From contig OZ038378.1 of assembly GCA_964036045.1 (NCBI GenBank), positions 145,762,001 to 145,826,000 of the forward strand: DNA of 64,000 bases, given 5' to 3'. Position numbers and translations under genes: made by a program. Below are positions 25,201-38,225 of this stretch, piece after piece. Position 1 is the stretch's first letter. Every line of letters begins with the position of its first letter. The notes beneath the pieces are model-generated. The model made no database searches. It was given only the letters and a program-made list of their open reading frames with translations, and was not told where the DNA came from. The DNA is from Eutreptiella sp. 'Long Island Sound 2002'. Its lineage: Eukaryota > Protista > Euglenida.

Positions 25201-28200
25201 GGGCCCCTGTCCCCCCGCCCCATTCGGCCAGCGCCTCCGCCTCCGCCGCAGCCGTTGAGTCTTCGGTGCTAAACTGCGCTTCGGCCTCTGCGCTGGTCTC
25301 CGCCTCCGAGTCGCTTGGGCTGAGGTCCGCGGAATCAACGCCCGGGCGGGCGGGGCTCGGCGGCGAATCGCGTGCCGCGCGGTGCGGCACCGCGGCGAAC
25401 CCGGGGGACGGCCCTGCGGGATCGGAGGCCTCGCTCTCGGAGGCCTCGGAGAGGGCGGAGTGCCCCTCGTGGGGGCAGGAGAGGTCCGACCCGGTGCCGT
25501 CCCCGCGGGGCCCCTGGTCGGCGAGGCCCAAGAGGGAACTGGCGGAGGAGTGGACCGAAGGGACGTCCTCCGCCGCCCCCGAGGCCCGGCCCCCGCCCCT
25601 CGTCCCATACGCCGGGGCCGGGGCCGGCGCCCCCCCCGGGGCCGCGCTCGGGGCCCCGGACGCCCGGGAGCTTCGCAGGTCCGAGGCCGTGAGGCCGGCG
25701 GGCCGACCGGAGCTTTGCAGGTCCGACGCGGTCAGGCCGGGGAGCCCCGTCGCGGAGGGCGAGGCGGCGCTGAGGTCGGCCCCCGGGGGCAGCGCGTGGC
25801 CCCGGAGGTCGCCGGCGCGGGCGCCGCCGCCGCGGTCCAGCGCGGAGGAGGCGGCGAGGGCTGCGGGGTCGTCGGCGCTCTCGATGGACATGAGGGAGTG
25901 GTCCGTCGCCGCGGAGGCCGCGCCCTCAACGGGGTAGTCCAGCGCGAGGCAGCGGGGCCGCAGAGGCTCGGCGGAGGGGTCCGCGGCGCGCGGGGCGGGG
26001 CCCGGGGCCGCGCCAAACCCCGGCGGCGGCTTGGCGGCGAACGCGTCCGGCGGCGCGTGCGGGGCCGGGGCGAGGCCGAGGCCCAGCAGCGTGCGCTCCC
26101 GGGAGGCGTCCGGGCGGAGGGTGGGCGTGGGGGGGTCGGTGGCCACGTCGACCATGTCCGGGCGCCGGGGCCGGCGGCGGCCGGCGGAGGAGTGCCGCGA
26201 CGCGGAGGAGCCGCGGGAGGACGCGGAGGGGCTGTGCCGGCGGTGGTAGGCCTCGTCGCCGCGGAAGAGGTGAGTGGCGAGGAGGCTGATGGCGCTCTCG
26301 GACGCGGGAGTGTCGGACAGGGAGATGCGCCACGGCCGTTGCGGGCCCGGGCCCTCGAGGTCGGGGGCGCCGGGGGCCGCCCGCGCGGGCCACGCGTGGT
26401 CGGCGGAGCTGAGCGGCTGGAAGCACCGCGTGTGGCGCGCGTCCTGCGACGCGTCCGTGGCGGACTCGCTGCAGGAGCAGAGGTGGGACGAGCTGCTGGA
26501 GGTCTGGCTGGTGTCGGCCAGGACGCGATCGAAGCCGTGGACCCCCGGGGCACTGGGGGCGCCGTGCGCCCCGGAGACGTCGCTGCCGGAGGCCGACGGG
26601 GCCGGGTCTGGCACGCGACCGGTCCGGTGTTCGGGGCGGTCGCGCGCGTTCCCGCGGAGCGGGGGAGGCGGACTGCCCTGCAGGAGGTTGCCCTCCGGAT
26701 GGGCCGCACCCTCGGCGTGGCTGAGGGCCGTGGCCATCGCGTACAGCGGAAGGGGGTCCGCCGTGGTCGACGCGTAGTGGACGGCCGCGGCGTCGGGGCC
26801 CGGGCCATGGGGGCCCTGAGGGGGCGGGGGGTGGCGCATGGGGCGGGGGGGCGTGGCCGGGAGGTCCGTGGGTGCGAGCGGTCGGGATGCCGCGGCGTCG
26901 GGCACCGGATGCGCCGGCGCGGCGTTGCCGTTGGGGGACGGGTAGAGGGCGTTGACCTGTGCGTTGAGCTGCTGCAGTTCGTGCTGCTGCGACCGGATCT
27001 GCGACTGGACTTGCGCGACCATGTCATGCAGTGGGCCCTCCTCTTGGTCCCGGCCGCCCGGGTACCGGCTACTGGCCGCCGCCCCGGCATCCCTCCCTCG
27101 CCTCTGGTCCTCCAGTTGCTTGTGACGCCGCTGCTCGTGATCCAGTTGCTCTTTGAGGGTCTCCAGTCGGCGCTCGATCTCCTCGGTCGACACAGACCAC
27201 GTCGATGCAGCCGAGACCGCGGACTGGGGCGACATGGTGCGGAGCGCGGGCGACCGTTTGACGGCGGCGGCGGGGCTCCGCAGCACCGCCGGATCGTTGG
27301 GATTGGGGCCGGTGCGGCCGTGCGGGTCCCACGCTGCAAGGGCCAGCTCGTAAGGGGCCGGGAGCGGGTCCGGCTCCACAAACGTCGTGGAGGACGGGGA
27401 ATAGGTCCGCAGTTCTTGCACCAAATGCTGCAGCCGCACGTAAGGGTCCTCCGGATAGCCGAGGTGGGCCCGGAGGGACGACGGCTCCGGCGGTGGAGGC
27501 AGGACTGCGGGCGGCTCCTGCGGACTCAGTGGGGCCTTTGCCCTTCCGGACCCTGCGTCGAGGCTGGGGCCCGCGCCGTGGTATCTCGCTTCGCCCATCG
27601 GGTCCTGAGGCGCTGCACTCTGTCGGGGGTGTGCGGCCATCGCATCGCTGGCCCGGCCCACCGCACCCGGACCCGGTGCCCCGTACGCCGCCCCAACACC
27701 GGGCCTCAGCAACATCTGCACGCGCGTCAACAGATCCGCCGCCTGTTGCCGCAGCTTGCACAGCCTCTCATCCGCCACGTCGTGGGGCAGAGGAGGCAGG
27801 TCCACCACCTGCAGCATTTGTAGGGTGGATGGGTCAACTGTGGAGCCACGAGGCTGCGGGGCCATGAATGGGGGCGCCGTATGCTGCGGATAGACTGCCG
27901 GCTGCCGGTACTGGTGCACCAGGCTGGAGATTAGCTCACTTTCCGTTTGGGCGGACGAGGACTTGGCCCGGCGCGGGGCGGCGGCCATCGTGCCCACGGT
28001 AAAGGTTGGGTACGGATGCTTCAGACTGATGGGCGGGTGTTGGGGCACCATCTTGACCTTCTTCGTGGCGGCCTTGCGGGTCGGATTGGCACCGCCTTGG
28101 CACCGCTCATCCCTCGCGGCGCTGCGAGCCGAAGCGTTGTGGCGGCGGGTTCGCGTTGCCGTCCCAGCGGCACTGACCTGCCCTTTGGATGCCCGTTCGG

Positions 28201-28444
28201 TGGGAAATGCACGTCCTTGAGGGGCGCCACCTCCAAGCTCCAAGGCCAATTGTGCAGCGACTTTGGCCTTCACCTCTTCGGGTACCAGAGTGTACCTGCC
28301 GCTGTTTGTAGAGTGCTGCAGCTTGTGCCCCGGCATGGGGCCGGATGCTCCTTGGGTCTTGCTGGCAACGTTGCCATGTTGCGTCCTTTTGTGGCCTTGA
28401 GTCGTCAAGGAATGATTCATCGACTTGCCAACTGGACCTTGCAA
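22244..28444 (-). CDS. large low-complexity/coiled-coil protein with DUF4378-like (CEP350/TRM-type) C-terminal domain; putative centrosomal or basal-body scaffold
   Basis: Uninterrupted 2066-codon GC-rich ORF (true start may be the ATG at 27988). C-terminus has [14 protein letters not shown] and [31 protein letters not shown], resembling the LFDCVNE and W...IFE.LL.DT motifs of DUF4378/CEP350. Confidence 0.75.
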   Translation of the reverse strand: MQGPVGKSMNHSLTTQGHKRTQHGNVASKTQGASGPMPGHKLQHSTNSGRYTLVPEEVKAKVAAQLALELGGGAPQGRAFPTERASKGQVSAAGTATRTRRHNASARSAARDERCQGGANPTRKAATKKVKMVPQHPPISLKHPYPTFTVGTMAAAPRRAKSSSAQTESELISSLVHQYRQPAVYPQHTAPPFMAPQPRGSTVDPSTLQMLQVVDLPPLPHDVADERLCKLRQQAADLLTRVQMLLRPGVGAAYGAPGPGAVGRASDAMAAHPRQSAAPQDPMGEARYHGAGPSLDAGSGRAKAPLSPQEPPAVLPPPPEPSSLRAHLGYPEDPYVRLQHLVQELRTYSPSSTTFVEPDPLPAPYELALAAWDPHGRTGPNPNDPAVLRSPAAAVKRSPALRTMSPQSAVSAASTWSVSTEEIERRLETLKEQLDHEQRRHKQLEDQRRGRDAGAAASSRYPGGRDQEEGPLHDMVAQVQSQIRSQQHELQQLNAQVNALYPSPNGNAAPAHPVPDAAASRPLAPTDLPATPPRPMRHPPPPQGPHGPGPDAAAVHYASTTADPLPLYAMATALSHAEGAAHPEGNLLQGSPPPPLRGNARDRPEHRTGRVPDPAPSASGSDVSGAHGAPSAPGVHGFDRVLADTSQTSSSSSHLCSCSESATDASQDARHTRCFQPLSSADHAWPARAAPGAPDLEGPGPQRPWRISLSDTPASESAISLLATHLFRGDEAYHRRHSPSASSRGSSASRHSSAGRRRPRRPDMVDVATDPPTPTLRPDASRERTLLGLGLAPAPHAPPDAFAAKPPPGFGAAPGPAPRAADPSAEPLRPRCLALDYPVEGAASAATDHSLMSIESADDPAALAASSALDRGGGARAGDLRGHALPPGADLSAASPSATGLPGLTASDLQSSGRPAGLTASDLRSSRASGAPSAAPGGAPAPAPAYGTRGGGRASGAAEDVPSVHSSASSLLGLADQGPRGDGTGSDLSCPHEGHSALSEASESEASDPAGPSPGFAAVPHRAARDSPPSPARPGVDSADLSPSDSEAETSAEAEAQFSTEDSTAAAEAEALAEWGGGTGARAQALAQARAEEAARAEAEAEARAKAEAEARAEAEAQARAEAEAEAQARAEAEAQAEARAEAEAQAEARAEAEAQAEAEAEAQAEAEARAQAEAEARAQAEAEARAQAEAEARAQAEAEARAQAEAEARAQAEAEARAQAEAEARAQAEAEARAQAEAEARAQAEAEARAQAEAEARAQAEAEARAQAEAEARAQAEAEARAQAEAEAEALAAAEAQARAEAESKMASSAADSPEADSEEEQYSDTFSEVVEEEGLQEDAASDLRAMESASSASGNSGMSDAADTATPRNEGIVSVAADGEAAEPASASPLPREGGSSSAEHCPEAPNGGQYHPPLAAVLGPTEASAGPPMAPAGQSQRPTDVAVDIVEKMRQQRQQEAEQHARHMAFLQQRVQEQVEAEKAEERQAELWAAEHARPEADAAPAAPQAPRAHIEHAFDDDDFVAESGSEDGSHRRLHAPSSASSAADAPGGSAPAVEDDIFAQLRRQAARPGPRAAPRISRKDRATVSQITQHIGRFVSRAPVPPETMEALERLVCARGPISEEGATYLELSDNESGDGLSTPPQLQRSDSGSGPEDRILVDDAEDDWIQPSDDDSSDGGGGPGVGPPGGSGGAAPAAPPPPSSPPPSRGSGRGGGAPPHLCSQALGLGPLASPPMSPSRGAAATTPPTSPFLSRSEPVALTPPPSLSPKAAVRPDVDFCPSPTAAHPPPPLGAAPADGAPSPHKPAASPSAGSDASPAPTSPLGAPPLDTSMEELEDDSGSVSSAAASALADDGKQLEMEAAVVYVSVLFEALRKKCEAGELQVEGTDGVVLPADLAGAVEDMLNDRTEDDDSLNSAMSFCYSQAFELINKPLVLDCVREAAAEFTTAKTVPLCLPTTEYWKRRQQRREERDRLRSALPAEAARSEDLLTLAELEGFVRGRVRRWMAPAPCGGEELHWTQVAEEAPLQWDMKRECGLADVVDSLSDFFFEVLLTDTAQHFSQMA
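24580..25140 (-). repeat. coding 24-bp tandem repeat (AEAEARAQ) x15 plus degenerate flanks
   Basis: GCCCTC anchors every 24 bp from 24597 to 24933. Confidence 0.95.
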
Positions 28445-28489
28445 GACATCATGGCATCACGAACAAAAAGACACTCAGAAAGTGGTCCG

Positions 28490-28895
28490 CAGTGATGTTG
28501 CCATTGATGCCCTCATTAATGTTCCCATTGACGCTCACATCGAAGTTGCCATTGAGGTTCTCATGGATGATCCCATGGATGTTCCCATTGATGCTCCCAT
28601 GGATGTTTCAATTGATGGTCCCCAGTAAGGTCCCCATTGATATTCCCAATGACGTTCGCACTTATGTTCCCAGTGATGTTCCCATTGATGTAGCCATTGT
28701 TGTTCCCAATGATGTGCCCAGTCAGCGCCCCCGGAGATTGCTGTCCCAACCCCTATCCCAAACTCTATCACAACCTCTACCCCAACCTCTTTCCCCATCC
28801 CTATACCAACCCCTATCCCAACCCCTATGCCAACCCCTGTTCTAGCCTCCATCCCAACCTCTACCCCAACCTCTGTCCCAATCCCTATCCCAACC
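28490..28895. repeat. GATGTTCCCATT minisatellite followed by CCCAACCTCTA-type 12-bp repeat
   Basis: Direct reading. Confidence 0.8.
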
Positions 28896-30169
28896 TCTAT
28901 GGCCCCACAGACCTCCAATCATATCTCCAGTGATACCTCTAGCCATAGCTCCAACCATAAATCCACCGAGATAGACACCCAGGACAACCAAGTGGCAGAG
29001 GCATGGGCCCCATACATCTACTTAGCTCACCCCTTTCAGACATCCTCTTTCTTCGCTCGCAACAACTCCTACCAACCCCAACAACAATCATTAGAACAAA
29101 GAGTGAGCACAAAAATGCCACAAACAGCAGCACATTGTTGCGTTCATGGGCTGAAGGGTGCCGAGCAGGTGCAACATCAAATAGGCATGCGCCGACAAAC
29201 GAATGCACAAGAAAAGCTGCAGCAGGCATGCAATCAGGGCAGAGAAAAACAAACATGTGGTCAAGGAGAGATGGCCCCGAAAAAGTCGATGTATCAAGCA
29301 GTCCCAGGCAACACAAGAAGATTACAATGGAGTGAAAGCATGCTGCCACAAGGACAGAGTGAGGGACCATCAAGGACGATGGGGCAATCTAAGGCAACAT
29401 TCACAAGAAAAGAAACAGCATTCGAAAAAGTTTGTTTCTTATGCTTTCCCTACCAAAAAACAAATAAAAGTAAAAAAAAAACACTCGAGTGACAATCTCC
29501 TGGCCACTAGCCAAAACCCTTCTGACCAGAGTTTCTTTCAAGCTTGTCTATCCTCCCTCTATTGGCGTCCATTACTGGGTACTCCTTGCCTCCACAGGCG
29601 AACTTTTGATTTTTCCAAGTTTTTGGCTTGCTGCCGGCTAGGCACCAGAGGGGCGTGTCACCTTGGCACGTCCTATTCCTCCGACGTTTTGTCAGTTGGT
29701 GGTCAAGTCATTTTGGGTAGATTTGTTGTATTTGATGTGTCGAAGTCATGTGCAAACTGGCACCCCTCAACTCAATGATGTGTTGGCTAATTTGACCGAT
29801 AACCACCGCAAACATCCCCCTGCGCAGCTTGATGCAAACTACCATTGATGTTTGTAGTGATGTTTCCATTGGTGTGCCCAATCATGTTCCCAGTGATGCT
29901 CCCATTGATTTCTGCATTGATTTTCCAATTCATATTCCCGATTATTGTCCTAGTGATGTTCCCAGCTATGTTTCTAGAGATCCATGTGTATGCATCTTTG
30001 CATACATTGTGTGTATGTTCAGGTATACACATACACGTGTGTATGGATATATGCAGGCGTTGTTTGTAAATTATGCAGAAATATATGCATGTGTGGGCTT
30101 CCATACTGTAATAGCGACAGCATGTTCTATAATAGCGACAGGCATGTTAACATGAACCCCATCAAACCT

Positions 30170-30984
30170 GACTTTTGGGGTTCATGGCCTGTTGTTAGAG
30201 AGGACAGGTGCCACCAAACATCCAGACTATGCCATCATCAAGTAATCCCTGGTAGGGGCCGCATGCGACATCATTGGCTTGACGCACCACCAAAGAGCAC
30301 CCAGACACGCCAGACACGGAAACACCCTTAGAATTAGGCGACCCAAATTGGACTGGAGGGGACGTTGAGGGGGACATTCCCGGTTCTTGTGGCATGGTGA
30401 AGGACCAGGGGCCTTTTGGGGGGGAACTTGACTGTGTGTTGGGCAATGGAGAGAGGCAGCGGCAATTAGGTGGCGAGTCTGAACTTGGGATGGCAAAGGA
30501 GATGGACTCCATCTTGCATTGCCGATTCACCACTCTCAACCCGTCTTGGTAGTATTCCAAGTGAAGGGGTCCGTCTTCAGCCGTCCCAACCACCGTGGCA
30601 GGAGGTCGCAGGCCATTGGAGCGGGTGTAGAACACCCTATCCCCAATACTGAGATCCATAGAGAAAATGGGCCTGAGAAATGAGGAGGGAAGTATGATGT
30701 CCTGTAGCAGGCACCCTCAAAGTGTATCACCATATCAATCAACCAAGAAAAAGAGTAGATGTGGTGGAAACGGGCAAAAAAGGTGTGCAAAAAAGTAGAA
30801 ATGGGTGAAACAGGGTGAACATCCAAAAATGCCAGATCCCCAATGCATCAAAACCTACTACCAAACAACAATGATGCCCAAAGTACCACAAAGTATGGGT
30901 TTCTACTACGGCCAGACGCCCAAATAGTTGCAGTGCGCGCGCACTGCGTGCGCACTGCACGCGCACTGCGCTTAAGGCGCCCCC
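30170..30984 (-). mobile_element. PIF/Harbinger-family derivative with a short ORF (SIGDRVFYTRSNG...)
   Basis: Right end GCGCACTGCG...GGCGCCCCC matches the 7994 element in reverse; shares the TTAGAATTAGG(C/T)GACCCAAA segment with 55090-55110 and ~8240-8265. Confidence 0.55.
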
Positions 30985-32329
30985 TTTGTAGGGGCCATTT
31001 CAGGCAGGCGTAAACACCACACTGTTCCTGGTAAACACACTGTAAAAGCACTGCAGGCACGGTGCCCAAACTCCCCCAGGTGTTGATGCCGAACTCTGTG
31101 ATCTAGGTGGCGGATTTGGAACGGGCTTCTGCAGTGGGCAATTCTTGAGGGATCAGGTGCGCTCTTCATTTTGGCGGGTCCGTCAGTGCCAAACGTCCTT
31201 TGGAAGCCTATAATTGTCTGAGTTTGTTTGCTCAATAGAGATGTTCGATCTCACTGAAATTGATAGATTTGCTGTTGCGATTCAAGTTGTTTGGCGGTGC
31301 TGTGGAACTGAATGCATGAGAGATAACATAACATGACAAACGGAGCCCCCCCTCAGTGGTCGGTGATGCATGGTCAGTTGATGGGAAATGGGAAAGAGAT
31401 GAGGGCAGGGGGTGGGACAGGCACTACAGCGGGAACAAGCGAGCGGGGCAAGGCCACTGCACACGCGGCAGCCTGCTTCATTCCCCCTACAGCCCCAACA
31501 CTACCCCACACCTCCTCCACACTCCCCGGTACTTCCCAATACCTCCGCGGCACTAGTCTCCCAAACTCCTACATACCCGCTGCCTCTGCCACCTGCTGCG
31601 GATTGTGCCTACATGAGCACGGACCGACCCAAATATCTGCATTCCAGAGCGAGGGAAGGCACCACTTGCAGACACCCTCCACGGCATCACGGAAGGCATC
31701 ACTCCCCACCACACCACGCAGGGGCTGCAGGTTCTGGGGAGGGGCATGCAACAATGAAAGGCGCCAAGCAGACCGCTTGCACTCAGGACAGGTCTTGGTG
31801 GCCAACCGACGGAAACGACGCCTCTTCATGATCTGACAAGGGCATTGGTGATGCACGCCCTTGTGCAAACACCTGCTGGGGGTGGGCAGGAGGCTTTACT
31901 CCAGGAAGGGGGGGCGAGGGGGGTCAATGCAGACCTGCCCCCTCCCCCAACAAAGGGCTCAAGGTACGAACCCCCCAAAACCAAAAAGGAAGGGACGGGG
32001 GGCAGGGATGTGTAGAAGGGAAGGGGCCTCGGAGGCAGCCCCAGAAGCGGGTAGACAGGCGGTTAAAGGAGGTTGCCAAAGCGGTTGGGGGCGGTTACTG
32101 TTGGTTACAAATGCTGTTGAGGCTGGCACTTGGCGTCAAACGAAATTTAAGTCCCCCAGGTACAGTGATCACAAACATACCTTGTGCAGGCACGCTTCGC
32201 TAACCCCCAAGGGTACCCTCAAGTGCCGTCGGTTAGGGGTCCTGAAAGGGGGGGGGGAACAGCCTCCCGAAGGCAGCCCCTGGTCATCAGTGCGTGTGAG
32301 CAGGCAGAGCAAGGCTTGCGGCTGCCTGT

Positions 32330-32640
32330 CCGCGAGACACGCTCAGCACCCACAAGCCCCCCCCCCCCTGTGTGACATTCCGTCTGGTTGTTGCTCCTTT
32401 ACGGGGCCCTGGACAGTCACCCGTTCTTCCCTTCGCATATTGCGTCGGGTCGCTGCGTTCTGGCGGCCGCTGCGGCCGGTGCTCCTGCTGGTGTCGTTTC
32501 CGCGTTCGCGGAGCCCAGTAGTTGGGGTGTTGGGGCTGTGCTGAATGTGGCGGGATGTGCCGTTTGCGCGTCCGCGGCGCCCAATAATTGGCGTGTTGGC
32601 GTTGTGCTGGTTGTTGGCGGGGTCGTTTGACTGTTTTTGC
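32330..32640 (+). repeat. dispersed repeat; partial inverted copy at ~36610-36670
   Basis: CTTTACGGGGCCCTGGACAGTC.C.CGTTCTTCCC is present in reverse at 36620-36657. Confidence 0.7.
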
Positions 32641-32980
32641 TGTCCACACACCTCTGTCCACAGGCCGTCCATAGCCTGCCTCGCTGTGGTTCTGTGTGCG
32701 TGAGGCCCAGGTGCCCTGTTCCTCCACGCGCTGTCCGGGCCGTCCACCATATGTCCTTTTCCCCCTCATGGCTGGTCTGCCCCTGATGGACTCCCGCTCT
32801 TGTTGCGCAAACAGCCCATCTGGGCTGTGGGAGACACCCCCCACCTGATGCCGGTTGAGCAGGGGTTGCCCTGGCACCCGGTAACCCCTTCCCCCCGTTG
32901 CACAAAGGCAGCCCGGAAAGCGGAGAAGCATTGTCACTGAACACTGCGTGTTCTGAGTGGGACCTGAGATCAGGGGTGGG

Positions 32981-33615
32981 GGAAAATTGGCTTGCGCCCA
33001 CGGGGGGTCACGGATGTCCATTTCCCAAACCCCCCCCCCCTTCTGGCCCGCCGTGACGGGGCAATGACAACCGGTATACACAGCCCCCCAGTCCCCCCCC
33101 CACCCCCAACGGTGGTGGTATTTATGTCCGGTCTATTCCGGTTGCATCCCATAGCACGGGGGGGAGGGGGGGGATGCAACGCCCCACCATGGCCATCTCT
33201 GCAGCAGGAAGGGCTATGTCACTGGGTAGGCACACAGCATCCCTCAATTTTGCCTTCTGCACAGCCTCCGTCCTCTCCTCCCCCCCCAGTTGGGCAAGAA
33301 GGTGAAAAGGGGGGCATGCACATGCAAACATGCAAACATGAAGACATAAAAAAGACCAAAAAAGCGAAGGGAAAAACATTGCATGAAGCTGGGTTGGAAC
33401 TCAGGACCTGTGGGAATGGAGCCTAGGCCTACTACCAACTAAGCTAAGTCAGGCTCTGCCTAAATTCAAAAATCAGAGAGTCTATAGCATGGTAAAAAAA
33501 AAAGGCTGACAATGAGGACCATACATAGGTCCTGTCACAGGTGTCCATTTCCCAAACCCCCCCCCCCTCCTTCAGGCGACAGCCGTGACCCCCCCCGGGC
33601 GCAAGCCAATTTTCC
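32981..33615. mobile_element. MITE with 33-bp TIRs
   Basis: GGAAAATTGGCTTGCGCCCACGGGGGGTCACGG (32981-33013) vs the reverse complement of 33583-33615: 2 mismatches. Related ends at ~59557-59670 and ~59990-60090. Confidence 0.7.
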
Positions 33616-34485
33616 ACCTCCCCAGGACATTCCTGGGGAAGATACAAGTGTGGGCGTTAGGGGGCGAAAAAGGGCGGCTCACCGACGGCGGTGGGCTGGC
33701 CAATGGCCCAGCGCTGTTGAGGGGTGATCCAACAGAATGGACCGTAACCGCCAGCGGTTGGCGGTTGACGGACGGTCGGTAACCAGCGGCCCGGGGCTGT
33801 GTGTGGCTCCTTCACAGAAAAACACGCACGAAACTGCGGGCGTCCCTGGGGAACGTCCTGCCCGAAGTTCTACCAAATGGGGGGTGAGATGGGGGGGGGC
33901 GTGCCGTACTTTGTGTCCCGGCACAGAAACGTGATGTCCCTGGAACACCATCCGTAAACAGAGAGATATTTGAAATATATGTACTGTACAAAGATGAGCC
34001 CTCGACAGAAATGACCGGCATCCCGCATCAGAACAGCCCATGGCTGGTCATGGCCTTTTTGGAGGACCCAAAGAGAAAGCAGCAATACCGGCCAACGCTT
34101 ATCAACACCGGCGGGCACTCGACCAGGTGGCCCTGAGGGAGAGGGGGGGGGGGGGGATGCGCAGGGCCGGCCTTGGGGGGGGGGCTGCCAAGGGGGTTTG
34201 TACAATGCCCCTGTGCCGGGAAAACATCACAGGTCACGCCTGGCGTGCGCTCATCAATCGCTACCTCCAACCGCAGCCCCCGTCGCACTCAGCCCTCGGA
34301 GCACGCTTTGGCTTTAGTGTACAACCCAAACCACTTCGTTTCGGGATACAAAGAGCGGTCCCTCTGCCACCTTTGGTGATCAGGACCCCAGGCGCCCAGC
34401 GGCCCCCGTGGCCCGGGTGCGTGCGTGGGCGCCGATGTTGGTGCGTGCAAATGCGCTTTGTGTGTGACGGGATCCGGAGGTATTT

Positions 34486-34540
34486 GTGGGGACGGGCGCA
34501 CGGCGCGCGCACGGCGCGCGTGCGGTGCGCCCGTCCCCCC
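34486..34540. mobile_element. 55-bp minimal PIF-like MITE
   Basis: G(T)GGGGACGGGCGCAC ... GTGCGCCCGTCCCCCC inverted ends, flanked by TTT on both sides. Confidence 0.6.
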
Positions 34541-35064
34541 TTTGAGTCTGCTGCAGTGGTACAATGTGCACCAACGCGACGACTGCGTTTTGTGCGGCTG
34601 CCGTTGTCGCACTTGTCTGCGTGGGGAAGCAGGAGACTCTACGGGGCCCGTGTGCTGCTCTGCAGTTCTGGCGGAATAAAATGAAAGGTCTGTGGGTCCG
34701 CGTCATTGAGGTTAGCGACCACGTGGGGGGTGCTTGGCTGCAGTTCTGGAGTGGGCGGGGGGGCCAGGGGGCGCTTAAGTGCAGTCCCGGGCCCCAACCC
34801 CCGCAGCGTTGGCGGGGGGTCCGGAGGGGGGGGGGGGTAAATGCAATTCTGGACCCCAAACCCCCTCTGCGTTGGCAGGAGCCGCTGCCCATGGGGCCCT
34901 GGCAGGACAACGGCCACCGTCGTCGGCAGCAAGGCTGCAGCCGCTTGGGTGGCGAGCGCAGATGAGCCACTGTCCAAAAGGTCTATTGCTCTTCAGCAAG
35001 GCACCTCGAAGAGGGACGGAGCACTTGGATGCGAGAACACTAGAATCGGGCAGTTCGGCAGATA

Positions 35065-35445
35065 GTCAGTCAATCAGTCACTCAGTCAGTCAGTCAGTCA
35101 CTTCGGCAGGCAGTCAGTCCGCCAAGCACTCAGTCAATAAGGCAATCAGTCAGTCAGTCGGTTGGTCGGTCGGTTAGCCAGTCAGTCAGTTAGTCAGTCC
35201 ATGAGGCAGGCACGCAGTCAGTCAGTCTCGCAGTCACGCATTCAGTTGGTCAGCCAGTCAATCAGACAGGCAGGCAGGTAGGCAGTCGGGTAGTTCGTCA
35301 ATCAGTCAGTCAGTCAGTCTATCAGTGAGTCGGTCACTAAGTCAGGCAGGCACTCAATCGAGCAGTCAGGCAGGCAGTCAGTCAGTACAGGCAGGCAGCC
35401 AAGCAGGCTGGCAGACAGTCGAACAGTCAAACAGGCAGGCAGGTC
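35065..35445. repeat. (CAGT)n/(CAGG)n degenerate microsatellite
   Basis: Direct reading. Confidence 0.9.
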
Positions 35446-36860
35446 GGCAGAAACACCCGGTTTGGGTTTTGGTGGCGGTCTACATCTGCGGGTGATCAGC
35501 ACCACCGGATGTGCAGTGGGCTTTGGTGGCCACACGGATATAGCATACGTCTGCCAGACTGCTACACCAGTTGGCCAACACCACGCCGATTTGTAAACCC
35601 TATGCCGTTTTGCAGACCTGGGTTCGAATCCTGCTCCACACAAAAATCTGACCTCTCACCCAACCCAACAGCCCTTTCAAGGGCCGATGGACACCACTAG
35701 GTGGGCCGTAATAATGTTATGCGGCTCCCCACTTTTGTGAGGGGGGTGGCCCAGGCGTTTCGAGCAGTGCTGCGTGATCGGGAGGTCAGGGACATTTGGA
35801 GTGACCTGGGCCTCGAGGAGATGGATGACCCCAGTGATGATGACATTAGTGGGGGGGTGACAAGATGGGGCACAGGCAGATAGTGATTTCACAGATGATA
35901 CGGACAGTGATGAGGCAGACGTACTCGATAGCAGTAGCGAGGGGTCGCCAGTGCCGTGTACCTTACCCCTGCATAAGAGACAGTTCACCGGGTTCTGAGG
36001 GCGGGGGATGAGCTGACCCAAACCAGCCTCAGAAATATTCGATAGCCTGCGGGCAAACTCAAGGCAACATTCAGTACTGGTTTGGAAGTGCTGCAGTGCG
36101 GCAGAGCAGTGATGAGCTACGACCGGTCGCCTGTGACACGGGGGCATTCGGTACCTGAGTTTCCGTTGCTTCATGGCCACACACACCAACCCCCCAAAAG
36201 GGGAAACCTGGTGGCAGGGCCAAACTCAAAGAATCTCCTCGTCAATTGTTTTCTGGCACAAAAAAAAATTGCATCCTCCGAAAAATAAATAGGGGGTCGG
36301 GCCTCTGGGGGGTATGGGAACTGGGCAACACCCAAAACAGAGGGTACATGACGTCCGCGGCTGCGCTTGATCTAACAACCCTCTTTGCGGTCATTCTGTT
36401 TGGTTTTGGGAATAATCGTATTCCCCGTTTCGTTCTGAGCATTTTGAAGACACACCAGTACACACCATCCCTCGGTCCTTCCCTGTTTCACAAAGAGGCT
36501 GACAACCGTTTTCCGGGCTCCATTGCCCCCCACATTGCCCGTTCTCCGTTTGACCACTCGTGTGAGTGGGGGTCCAAGAGGGGGGGGAGAGGGGGGCTTG
36601 GCACCCGGCAGACGACGCGCCGGGAAGAACGAGCGACTGTCCAGGGCCCCGTAAAGCAGCGGACACTGCGTCAGGAGGAGATGGAGAAGCCGACGCTGCG
36701 TCATGCGGCGAAGGATGAGCGGGTGAGTGCCCACGCCCCCCCAGAGAACCCACAGAGGGGCTGTACGTCACACAGGGGGGCGGGGGGGCTGGCCTCACAC
36801 GGCAGCACCCCCGATGGTAGCGACCCTTGCTCCCAGTGTTCGGGTGGGCAGCCCGGCTCG

Positions 36861-37622
36861 TCAGTCGTCGAGCATTGACAGGAGCGCCACCCCGCGCAAA
36901 CACCAGTGGTCCGGTCTGCAATCCGGGGGAGACGGCAGTGCCAGGGTCGTGATGAAGTTGGTGGAGTGCCCCGTCACGTCCAGCGTCCCCACGCGGGCGC
37001 TGGTCCGGTACACCGGGCAGCCGTACCGGTCCGGCGGCGGGGCCTGCGCCGCGAACCGGAGGTGCATCACCGGCATTTCCTGATGCAGCGCGTGCTCCTG
37101 GGGCTCCGCCAGGGCCGCCGCGCGCGCGTCCCACCGGGCCCCCTCCAGGAAGAGGCCGTGGAGGTAAATCCCCGCGTCCGGGCCCCGCGCCACCTCCTCC
37201 GGCCGCTGCGCCAGCACCTCCACGTGCGTCTGCAGGTCGTTGGCCTCCACCTGCGCTCGCTGGGCGTGCGCCCGCATCGCGCCCTCGATGAGCTGCTGCG
37301 GGAACGCGAAGGCGCCGAGCCAATAGGACGCCGGCGGGCCGCGCGCCCACGCCGCCGAGACGCGGCAGCGCTGCAGGAGGTCATGGAACCACGCGCCCAG
37401 GGGCTTGAGGGAGGCGTACGCGACGCGGCGCCACGCGTCCGGGACCCGGCCGTACCAGAGGTCCTCGAGCATCGCGTCCGTGTCCGGGGCCGCGGCCGCG
37501 AGGCCCTCGAGGACGCGGAGGAGGCGCTGCAGCGAGGCACGGATGGCCTCCAGAAGGCGGTTGAGGAACTCGGTCTGGGACCGCAGCGCGCGCGACAGGG
37601 GCCCTGCGGCGCCCTCCGGGAC
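36861..37622 (-). CDS. ART-NACHT-dynein fusion gene, exon 6 (dynein C-terminal domain)
   Basis: Acceptor TTTCCCCAG|GTC; GIYLHGLFLEGARWD, CPVYRTSARVGTLDVTGHSTNF and HWCLRGVALLSMLDD* are typical of axonemal inner-arm-type dynein C-termini. Confidence 0.9.
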   Translation of the reverse strand, partial: VPEGAAGPLSRALRSQTEFLNRLLEAIRASLQRLLRVLEGLAAAAPDTDAMLEDLWYGRVPDAWRRVAYASLKPLGAWFHDLLQRCRVSAAWARGPPASYWLGAFAFPQQLIEGAMRAHAQRAQVEANDLQTHVEVLAQRPEEVARGPDAGIYLHGLFLEGARWDARAAALAEPQEHALHQEMPVMHLRFAAQAPPPDRYGCPVYRTSARVGTLDVTGHSTNFITTLALPSPPDCRPDHWCLRGVALLSMLDD

Positions 37623-38225
37623 CTGGGGAAAGGGGCGGAGGGCGGAAGTAGGGGTAGAGGAAAAGGGGAAAGGGAGGCGTAGAGGTCCGCCAAAGCCGAA
37701 AGGAGGACTAAACCCAGAGCCACGTGGCACGCGCGCCAAAGACACCCCCTGCGCGCGCGCCTCGTGCGCGCCAAAGACAGCCCCTCCGCGCGCGCCTCGT
37801 CGAATAAGGCGCGCAGTCTCGGCCGAACTATGGACGGCGGTCGTCATCCACCCAAACACGCCCCAGTGGAGGTACAAGTAGAGGCAACAGTTGACGAAGG
37901 GATGTGGATGGAGAGCAGGATGCACCTGAACAGGGAAACCTCTAGACGTCCGCATTTTTGGGGCACGAAAGTAAAAGCTGAGCCGGCCGCCAGACAACGG
38001 CGGTTTTCTCATCACCGACGGCGGTTGACTGATCAACCGACAGCGGTTGGCGATTAACCAACAAACTTTGGCTGTTCGCCGCCGGCGGTCGGGGGCTCAC
38101 CGACAACGGTTGGCCAGTAACTGCCGGCGGTTGGCCTGCAACCGCCCGCCCGGGGGCGTCGGCGTTCCTCGGCAAAACGGACAACCGTTGGTGTCCCCAG
38201 GGACCGTCCTGACGCAGAGGCAGAC

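Noticed and set aside
22190-27823. Long antisense and alternate-frame ORFs (727, 970, 587, 813 aa, etc.)
   Set aside because: Shadow ORFs from very high GC content and repeats within the 22244-28444 gene; Arg/Gly/Pro-rich with no domain motifs.
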